This document shows positions 25,201 through 34,859 of a stretch of DNA of 64,000 nt, in pieces. Each line of letters begins with the position of its first letter. Position 1 is the stretch's first letter. Under the pieces are notes generated by a model. That model was not told where the DNA came from and did not search any database. It was given only the letters and a program-made list of their open reading frames with translations. Source of the DNA: Azolla caroliniana (Eukaryota > Plantae > Polypodiophyta); assembly GCA_043228905.1 (NCBI GenBank), contig JBHGNT010000001.1, forward strand, positions 21,700,001 through 21,764,000, read 5' to 3'. The position numbers were made by a program, and so were the translations under genes.

Positions 25201-28176
25201 GCTCTCTGATCCGTCTCCCCGATCTGGCCAATTGTATCTAGATACCGACCCGGCTCATCCTTTCGGATATCATCCGGATACTGATCCGACTCTGACTTAT
25301 TCAGCCGATCCGGATCTGATTGAGCTTGCCTACTCAATAGTCCCCCTCAAGTTCAACTTGAGGTCGGATCATGGTGTTAGTGTCTGCAGTATCCGGTCCT
25401 TTCCTCCGGCTCCTTTTGACGTCCTCCAGCCTTGCTTGTGCTCCTCCTCTGGTCCGGTTCCACTTCCCGCGACCCGTTCGGTATTGCGCACCTCGACCTC
25501 CTTGGTCAGCTTGTCTGCTCAACGGGCCCATTTCAGCTCCTTTGTTGTTTTGACTCTGGCGCTTGTCGATCCATCGGTTCCTCCTTGTCAGTGTCGACTT
25601 CCGTTGCCGTCTCGTTCGGTTGGCCTTTAGTTAATCCGGATTCTCTGATTCTTGAACCGAATCAGCTTCCTCCAATTCGTTCTAGCTCTTGTCCGAATCG
25701 GTCGCTCCCGATTTGTTCCCGCTCTTGTCCAAGTTGGTGTTCTCCAACTCGTCTCCCAGTTTTAGGCCCTTCACCACATCAGACCATGTCGGGGTCTTGG
25801 CCTTCTCCTTTCGGTCGGCTTTGTCCTTCTTGATTCTGTCGCCGCTACTGCTTGCTCCGACTTGTTCGTATGTGTCGACTCCCTTCGTCGACTCAACTTC
25901 CTTTTTCCTCTTATCTCCCCCTTTGTTGGTTCTTCCCTTTCAGGTTCCTTGCCTTTGCCTTTGAACATTCTCCCCCTCAAGTGCGGCACATCGAGATGCT
26001 AAATACCAAGCATTTCGGTGAAGTGTTGCAACTTGTCCGATCCGAGCGGTTTGGTGAAGATGTCGGCAACCTGTCGATCCATCTGAACATACCGAAGTTC
26101 GACTTCACCGCTCAGGACCCGCTCACGGACAAAGTGATAATGCACTTCTATGTGCTTTGTTCGAGCATGGAATACAGGATTCTTGGCGAGCTGTATGTTG
26201 CTCATGTTGTCACGGTGGATCGGGATCGGGGTCGGCACCTCAATCCAGAGGTCACGCAGTAGTCGTCGAAGCCAGATGGCTTCACAGGTGGCATTGGTAG
26301 TGCCCCAGTATTCAGCCTCAGTGCTCGAAAGGGCCATTGTTGGCTGCTTTTTGCTGCTCCATGCAACAACTGTGCTACCAAGAGAAAACATGTAACCGGA
26401 GGTGGATCGACGATCCGATGCATCACCAGCCCAATCGGCATCGATATATCCGACTAGCTTCCCAGCTATACCGTGTCATTATAACAGTCACCGATCCTTC
26501 TTGCCGCTAACATACCAGAGTATCCGGTGTGCGCACTGAAGGAGCTCAACGGTCGGCTTTTGCATGAACTAGTTGATCACTCCGACCGGGTAACTGATGT
26601 TGGGTCGAGTGATTGTCAGGTATATAAGGCTTCCAACAATTTTTCGGAATCGTTTCTCATCACAAGCCGATCCGGAGTCAGGACATAGCTTCAAGTTCCG
26701 GTCCAGGGGTGTACAGATCGGTCGGCATTCCGTCATGCCGAACTTGTACAACATATTCAACATATAATGGCGTTGTGAGAGGAATATGCCATTGGGGGTT
26801 CGGATCACCTCGATCCCAAGAAAATAATGAAGGTCCCCCAGGTCCTTCATTTCAAATGTGTCTGACAGTTGGGACTTCACTCGGCCAATTTCAACGAGTC
26901 TGAGTTCGGTGATGACTAAATCATCTACATAAAGCAAAATACAAACCGGACCATCCGAACCTTGCCGGATGAACAACAATGAGTCAGATTTAGAGGTGAC
27001 AAACCCCATCTTACACAACCGGTGCATGATCTTCACATTCCAAGCTCGGGGGGCTTGTTTCAGACCATAAAGCGATTTCTTAAGCCGACACACCGCTGAC
27101 TTGTTCATCTCCGACTTAAAACCGGGAGGTTGGATCATATAGATCCGTTCTTCAAGGTCACCTTGGAGAAACGCATTCTTCACGTTCATCTGGTGAAGAT
27201 GCCACCCCCTTGCCGCAGCAACCACCAATACCACACAAACCGTCGTCATCTTCACTACCAGAGTGAAGGTCTCCTCGTAGTTGATTCCGTGGGTCTGTGT
27301 GTATCCCTTCGCCACTAACAAGGCCTTGTACCGGTTAACTGAACCGTCAGCGTTGTACTTTACCTTGTACACCCATTTGCAACCGATCGGTTTACAGTGT
27401 CGGGGAGGGTCAACGAGGTCCCATGTGTCGTTGGCATTGAGTGCCCGCATTTCTTCTTTCATAGCGGCACGCCAATTTGCGTCCATTGTCGCTTCAGCGT
27501 AGCTCTTGGGCTCACGCACTTCTACCACTTTGGCCATGTACGCATAGTGATGTGCCATGTACTCATTGTACCTGTACCGCGTAACGGGGTTCTTCTGGCG
27601 GGAAGACCGGCGTAACTTGTCATCACCCAGTTTGGGGCCCTTCTTGGCCGGTTCGGACTTCGTTCCCGAAGATCCGCCTTCATCATTTCCGGAGTCGTAT
27701 TCGCTCCGATCCGACTCAACATTGTTGGTTTCGTATTCCGACATTTTCTGCCTCCCTTTCTCTTTGCACGTGAACCGTCTCATCGGTTCCTTGCGCGGTG
27801 TCGTGAAGATCCGTCACTACGCGCGGATCGTGAGGCGGAACCGTCGGGGTTCTGAACCGGAAGGATTTAGAGTCGATACAAGCTTTGGCAAGAAAGTACT
27901 TAAGATAGATTGGGAAAGAGAGAAGTTGAGATTACACAATTGATTTGATAACGAGTTTCTTCCTCTTAATTTTCATACAAAAAAAAACTGTGTTTTTCTC
28001 CTCCCCCTTCCCTCTTTTATAGATGCTCTCATGCATATGATACATGTGAGGGTACAAGACATGCATAAATTGCATGTTTGCCATTTGGCGCTTAAGTATT
28101 ACATGTCACTCATTTTAGCACTCATGGATGAGAATTTACATGTAAAAGTACAATGATAGAAATATAATTTCAACTA

Positions 28177-28250
28177 AATACTATGGCTTAATGGTAAGCC
28201 ATTTGACTCCTAACTTGGAGGTGCAAGGTTTGAATCCATACTTGCCCTCC
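28177..28250 (+). promoter_or_regulatory. tRNA-like (Pol III type-2 promoter) segment in the left LTR of Gypsy Z
   Basis: A-box TGGCTTAATGG at 28184-28194 and B-box GGTTTGAATCC at 28227-28237, 43 nt apart. D-arm pairing GGCTT/AAGCC is present, but the acceptor and anticodon stems are poor. Confidence 0.7.
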
Positions 28251-28894
28251 TTGTATATGTAAATATGTATATATTTTTATATATTTATTTTATCTAGTCG
28301 CCGGTTCGCCGGATACCGGTGCCGCCGCCGGATGCCGACGCCGACGCCTGATGCCGAATACCGGTGCCGCCGCCGGATACCGGTGCCGCATGCCACCGCC
28401 GGATTGCGGTCGGATGCCGTCGGATCACCGGCTCCATCGCCGGTCCGGTTTTGGTTGGCCAAAACCCTTTTCGAGTAGCTAGCCACCTCCACTCTAAGTT
28501 CAAGTTACCTTGAACTCTCTATGCTCCACACATAGACACAAAGATAATATCTTTTGGTCCACCTTATATATGATGAGAGCCGTATTTGTCGTGCCTATGT
28601 GGGATATCTCACAATTTTCTCTTTTCTATTTACAAACTTTATACCCTCATATCTTGACATTTAGTTGTCCATTTCTCGTGTAATAAAGTGCATTCGAAAC
28701 CTCCATCATTTTGTACTTAGATATTAAAAATGTTATCTTCACAATTATTGTATTACATGATTCATACTCGATTTTGTACGTTTTATGGGATTTTCACACT
28801 ATTGCCGAAAATCTTCACGACATCCACCCCCACCAAACCGCACGTCCTCCGGTTCGTGCCAAGAAGAGAAGAAGTGAGATTTCGGCTACGATGA

Positions 28895-31800
28895 TCAATT
28901 AGATTCCTCCATGTCTTCATTTTCATCCGGCCTATTATGTTCATCGTCGAGGTAATCGAGGTCAGGATCCTTGTCTTGTCTTTTCTTGAAAAGCTTTACT
29001 CTTTTTCCCGCAATGGGTACGGCCAACCGTGATCCGTCTAGTTCCGCAAGGTGGTATGTGGCATTATCGTTGGCACTTGTCACCACATACGGCCCGAACC
29101 ATCTTCTTGCGAACTTCCTTGTTGTACTATGTTGATTGTCAAGGGTGCTGTCGTAGACCAAAACCCAATCCCCTTCTTCAATCTTCTTGGGACGAAGTCG
29201 ATGCGTGTTGTCGAACCGAACTTTGTTCTTTACTCGGGCTGCCTTCATCGTCTTTCGCGCTTTTTCTAAATCTTCAGGTCTTCTTTCAAGTTGCCTTATC
29301 CGCGCCGCTAATAACTCTTCTCGGCTCATCTCGTTCTCCCACGGTATCGCTACCCATGAGGCGATCGTCCTTTTGATGGGCATAATCGGCTTTTGTCCAT
29401 ACATAAGCTCCGTCGGCATATACCCTGTCACCGAGCTATGTGTCGTTCTATCGGCCCACAAGGCATAGGGTAATAGTCGTGGCCAATTCCCGACTCGACC
29501 GTTGCATGCCCGTACGATGGCTTTAACGATAGGTCCATGCCCTCACTCGATCTTCCCATTTGCTTCCGGATTGTAGGCAGTCGTGAGGGAGAGCTTCACG
29601 CCTAGTCTTTCGAAGAGCTCCGTCGCTTCGTGCGCGTCCAACTCCCCTCGGTCGGCCACTATCTTCCCTACACATCCATATCGGCAAACAACATCTTCAA
29701 GTAAAAATTTACAAACGGCTGAAGTCGTCTTATTTGTCAAGGCTCGTCCTTCCACTTGATTTGTCAAGTCTTCCCTTGCGAGCGCTAAGTACTTCATTTG
29801 TCCCACTCCCATTGGCATCGAGACTAGATCCACCATCCATTTGAAGTGAATGGTGAGTGGGTATGTCGGCTTTAACTCATCACGATGACGTATATTTGAA
29901 TATACTTGGCAAGTTTCGCATGTGGACACGAAATGGAGTACATCTTTGTACATGCTTGGCCACCAGTACTTCTCCTTCAACTTTTCGAACGTCGCCCATG
30001 TTCCTCTATGACCTGCCCAAGCACTCTCGTGGAATTCGGTCATCAGTGTCTCTTGCTCTTCTTTCTTTACCACCACTCGACGTGGTATTCCTGTCCTTCT
30101 TTTTGGATGTCGCCAAAGGAATCCTCCCTTCAAGAAGTATCGGTAAGCTTTCTTTCGGATTCGTAGGGCCTCCTCCTTTGTCAACGAAGCATCTGTCGTC
30201 AATGTTCTTAGGAATCTACCGATGAGTAACCATTCTCCTTCGTACTCGTTCTCGTTGAAGGCGTGGAGGGATTGCGTGTCTTGGTCTTCCGCCGACAATC
30301 GAGCCATCTTGAAGAAGTCGAGGGCGACATCTTCATCTTCCGAAACCATGTTACTTCCATTTGAAAATCTTGCCCTCGACAGCATGTCAGCCATGGCGTT
30401 CTTCTTCCCTGCGATGTGACGGATCTCTGGGTTTAAAGACTTGATGTAGGCGATCCACCTTAGCATAGCAAGATCTGGGGTCGCACATCCCGAGACCATT
30501 CCGAGAATTGGGAGACAATCTGTCTCTATTATCACTTCTGACCCGATCAGATAATCTTTGTCCGTCTTCACTGCCGACACAATACCCCAAAGTTCCCGTT
30601 TGACTTGGGCATATCTTTGTTGCCGTTCGCTGAGAACCTTTGCTCCGAACCGGACGGCATATCGCGCATTATCTTCACCTTCTTGATTGATGACCCACCC
30701 GATTCCAGTTGGGCTCGTATCTACGGTCACATAAATTGGTTTCCCTTCGGCATAGTCGGCCTTCCTTAGTGCCGGAGCTTCAAGAAGCAGTTTCTTTAAT
30801 CTTCGCATCGCCTCTGTGTGCTCGTCTCGCCATTCGAATCTTCGATCCTTTGAAGCACCTTCTCACAATCTTTCATATGATCCGCAACGAACTTTCTACA
30901 ACCTTCCTTATCTTTCGATTCATCTTTCTCCTCATCCGAACATCCTTTTATCGGAATATCATCCAAGAATGGCATCGTGATGTCCGGAATGCAATCCTTC
31001 AAGACTTTATTCATGGCATTCACCATATGAGCCACCGAGTTCGTTGCGCCTTGGGGTAAGGTACACATCCGCACAAGCCCGATCGGAGTCCTCATGGTTG
31101 TAATGTCCCGACTGTCGATCGCCAATTGGAATTGGTCATATCCGGAGTAGAGATCGCCAATGGAGTAGATGGACCGGCCCGCAAACGCTTCAGCAAATTC
31201 GTCCACGCTCGGACCGATTCCGGCATTTCGAATTGTCACCTTGTTGACGGGTTGAAGATCTTGGATGAATCGCAATGATCCATTCTTCTTCGGCACCGTG
31301 AACCACCTATTGGAATAAGGAGCATTCGACGGTTCTAGAATTCCCATACTCACCTTCTCCTTTAAGAGCTCGATCAGCTTCGGAAGGTGTGCTCTCGGAA
31401 CCGGTATCGGTTTCAAATTCCAAGGCACATGAGGCACCGTGAAGATCACCATTGGCTCTATAACCTTTGGGTCGGCGCATCCGATTTCTCGTGGGAAGAA
31501 TGCAAAAGCCTTCCCATGTCTCTCAAGCATATCGCGAAACATTCGCTCCTCTTCAGGGAGAAGGAAATCCTCCTTTCCAACTCGTAGCTTCCCCTTCGTC
31601 TCTTTGGTGAAGTCATGACCTATCTTCTTCGGATCTCTTAAGCTTGGATCGTTAGCGACTTCCTTCATCTTTTGCCAGCTATCTTCCGGTAGCGGAACCG
31701 CAACTGGCTTGATCTTCTTATCCACTGTTTTATATTTCGTGTTGATGTCAGCTTCATTAATCGAGATGCCACGACGGTATTCATCGATGATAGCGTACAT

Positions 31801-32133
31801 GTTGACGGAGTTAACCGAAATCACACGTTGGTTGTGAAGATAGCTCAAGTCCACGACGTCCTCGATTTCGCCGATGGTGTTGTTAAATGAGGCTTCTTCC
31901 ATAATATGAGTCACGAACTCTCCTTCTTCTATTATGTTCTCTTCTTTCAGCATCTTCTCGAATTCTTGTATCCGGCGCTTGTGCTTCTTGTCGGGTAGTA
32001 CTAGTTTACATGCGCCACTAGATGTGACACATGTTGCTTCTCCTTGCAATCCACGCGCTCTTCTTTCTTGTGGGGTCTTGTGATTGCTCGGACTATTTGT
32101 GCCCCATGCTTCAATAGTCCGCTCTAAAAATCC
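28895..32133 (-). pseudogene. Pol of Gypsy Z (RT, RNase H, integrase with GPY/F), disrupted
   Basis: RT motifs are DLYSGYDQ, LPQGATNS and PFLDD. RNase H has VDTSPTG and ETDC. INT has an HHCC region, ADRG, PEANGKIE and WFGPY. A deletion/frameshift lies at ~30835 and a stop at ~29543. Confidence 0.9.
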
Positions 32134-32177
32134 GAGGATTCGCCTCCGAGACTATCTCGATTCCTTTCATGATTGGC

Positions 32178-34328
32178 TCACACTGTTAGGAATTGGACCG
32201 ATCTTTGGTTGTCAAGACTCTTTATTCGTGCGAAGGCTGCTCCATTATCGAACACTTTGGTCTCCATCCGAGATGATGTGATATAAGGTTGCCCTAGGAT
32301 GACAGGATGCGATGCCGATTCTTGTACGAAGAAGTGTTGATCCATCTCCACATCCTCGATCGTGACTTTGACATTGGGACAAGCTCCGTACAAGTCCTCC
32401 GTAGACTTTGTTGCCGCGCGAATCTTCCATCCGTGGTTTGTATTGATTGGCCATCTTCCCTTTTTGTAGAAGTCGGTTGACATGAGGTTGATCTCCGAGC
32501 CGTGGTCGATCAAGGCTACGACGGTCTCTTTCTTCTCCCCGATCTTCACCGGCGTCTCCGTTGTCGCTCGTGCCCAATGAGGTCGAGTGTAGTGGCTGTC
32601 CACCATATCTTCATCGATTTCGTCTCTTGCCATCGTTATGGCATTCGTTTTTGCTTTCTGCGGCTTCTCTTCTTCCTCATCCGATTGTTGTCTCTTTCTC
32701 TTTACAAGGTCCACGATCGTGTCATGGAACTCCTTCTTTGTAATGCCAAGCAATTCCCTCAAGGACAAAGTTACGTGGCTATCAAGAACGCGTTCTTCGA
32801 GAATCTTCTTTAGGTCCGTCGTCTGCTCTATGTCCGACCTTAGCTTATAGGTAGGTATGGTCCTTGTCCTCCGAGTGGGGTCTTCAACACCAACCTTCAC
32901 GGGCCGACCCATTTCTTCAACTCGTATGCTCGGCTCCCCTTTTCGGCTTGACTCTCGTTCCTCCGTTTGTAAAGGTCGACTCGTCTCCGCATCGTCCTTC
33001 TTTTTCGCGTTCCTTGTTTCATGTCTTTTTGATGGGCCTTGCTCTTCTATTCTCTTTCTCTTTTCTTCGACGAACACCTCGTGGTTGTCGCACATCACCT
33101 CTGCGAGTATGGTGTTGTCGTCCACCGGATCCGACCACCCGGTTATGCTTTGCACGTTTCGGTCCGCAAGCTCTACCTCGTTCGATGTGACTTTTCCCTT
33201 CTTCTCATATTCGAGAACGGAAGTCCAAAACTTTGCTCCCGCTCTAGCAGCTTCAGTCTTGTCTTTCCCGACTCTTATTCCGGCCGACGCAGCATAGTGC
33301 ATCGCATCCACATGAGTCGCATCGGCATCCTCCATAGATTTCTTCATTCCTCCTCTTCCGAAATTCACCCGTAGGGGTCTTCTAGTCTCGCTTGAGCAGA
33401 TCATGTTGTCCTCTATGTATACGATATTTTGTCGAATCGCCTCTCGAAGGCTCGCACAATCCCTTCTCATGTGGTCCATGCTATCGCACCACACGCATCT
33501 AAAGGGTTCTTTCCCTTTAGGGCCCCGACGATTCATGTTGGCTAGAGTGACCTTCTCGAACTTCTTCGCTAGCTCTTCAATGATGTCGTCATCAATCTTC
33601 TTTTCTTCCACGTTACTTTGTCTTGGCGGCTCAGCTACTTTCGGCGGTCTTGCTTTCTCCGTGGTAGTCGGTCCCGTCAAGTCGGTGTCATCAACCCATT
33701 GGCGACGCTTGTCGAGCCTATTGCATGCCCGCTTCATCGCGATCCAGTCCGCTACGAGCCCATTTGCTTGGGTATCATCTTCGAGAAGAGTCCCCAACTC
33801 CCGTCTATCCTTTATGTCCACGGCCTTCAAGAAGTACAAAGTCTTCTCCTCTTCAAGCAATACTTGGTCCGTATTGGGGAGACGACTAAACATCTGGTCG
33901 AATTCGTCATACACCCTCGAGACGCTCATCTTCTTATTCTTCTTCTCTATCCACTTCATCAGGGCATGTCGAGTCATCCTCGTTGAGTCTTCAGTCACAA
34001 ACTCCGCTAGTATCGTTTTCTCGAACTCGGACCATATTGTCTTTCCTTCTTGAAGCTCGATGACGCATCTTTGAATGTTGTTGGCGACAACTCTCTTGAA
34101 GCTTGCGATTTGACGTGCCTCGGACACGTCCCTTTGATTCATCTCCCTCTTATATGCATCAAGGAACTTCGTAACGTTCCTTCCATCGAATTGGCCCTCG
34201 AGCTCTACGACACGATCAACAGCCTTCTCCACGCTCGCGTCGTTGTCTCGAGATCTCATCATTTGCTCGACGATTAGCATCATCCTTTCGAGTTCTCCTG
34301 CTTGGTTGCTTGAGGACGCCATCTCCAA
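32178..34328 (-). CDS. Gag-protease polyprotein of Gypsy Z
   Basis: 716 aa with a CVWCDSMDHMRRDC zinc knuckle and an ALIDHGSEINL aspartic protease motif. Confidence 0.88.
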   Translation of the reverse strand: MEMASSSNQAGELERMMLIVEQMMRSRDNDASVEKAVDRVVELEGQFDGRNVTKFLDAYKREMNQRDVSEARQIASFKRVVANNIQRCVIELQEGKTIWSEFEKTILAEFVTEDSTRMTRHALMKWIEKKNKKMSVSRVYDEFDQMFSRLPNTDQVLLEEEKTLYFLKAVDIKDRRELGTLLEDDTQANGLVADWIAMKRACNRLDKRRQWVDDTDLTGPTTTEKARPPKVAEPPRQSNVEEKKIDDDIIEELAKKFEKVTLANMNRRGPKGKEPFRCVWCDSMDHMRRDCASLREAIRQNIVYIEDNMICSSETRRPLRVNFGRGGMKKSMEDADATHVDAMHYAASAGIRVGKDKTEAARAGAKFWTSVLEYEKKGKVTSNEVELADRNVQSITGWSDPVDDNTILAEVMCDNHEVFVEEKRKRIEEQGPSKRHETRNAKKKDDAETSRPLQTEERESSRKGEPSIRVEEMGRPVKVGVEDPTRRTRTIPTYKLRSDIEQTTDLKKILEERVLDSHVTLSLRELLGITKKEFHDTIVDLVKRKRQQSDEEEEKPQKAKTNAITMARDEIDEDMVDSHYTRPHWARATTETPVKIGEKKETVVALIDHGSEINLMSTDFYKKGRWPINTNHGWKIRAATKSTEDLYGACPNVKVTIEDVEMDQHFFVQESASHPVILGQPYITSSRMETKVFDNGAAFARIKSLDNQRSVQFLTV

Positions 34329-34785
34329 GTATTAATCTCGACTTGATCCTTCCTACCGCCTCTTTCACGTCGGGTTCACCACTTTATTATGTCGTGAAGA
34401 TCCGTCACTACGCGCGGATCGTGAGGCGGAACCGCCGGGGTTCTGGACCGGAAGGATTTAGAGTCGATACAAGCTTTGGCGAGAAAGTACTTAAGATAGA
34501 TTGGGAAAGAGAGAAGTTGAGATTACACAATTGATTTGATAACGAGTTTCTTCCTCTTAATTTTCATACAAAAAAAAACTGTGTTTTTCTCCTCCCCCTT
34601 CCCTCTTTTATAGATGCTCTCATGCATATGATACATGTGAGGGTACAAGACATGCATAAATTGCATGTTTGCCATTTGGCGCTTAAGTATTACATGTGGT
34701 GCATGCTAACCATGTCACTCATTTTAGCACTCATGGATGAGAATTTACATGTAAAAGTACAATGATAGAAATATAATTTCAACTA

Positions 34786-34859
34786 AATACTATGGCTTAA
34801 TGGTAAGCCATTTGACTCCTAACTTGGAGGTGCAAGGTTCAAATCCATACTTGCCCTCC
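34786..34859 (+). promoter_or_regulatory. tRNA-like (Pol III type-2 promoter) segment in the right LTR of Gypsy Z
   Basis: A-box TGGCTTAATGG at 34793-34803 and B-box GGTTCAAATCC at 34836-34846. Confidence 0.75.

Noticed and set aside
28177-28250. Functional tRNA-Arg(CCT) gene
   Set aside because: The loop CTCCTAA is present, but the acceptor and anticodon stems do not pair. It is kept only as tRNA-derived.
28298-28450. CRISPR-like or regulatory array of GCCGGATACCGGTGCC units
   Set aside because: This is an LTR-internal minisatellite with no unique spacers, in a eukaryotic context.
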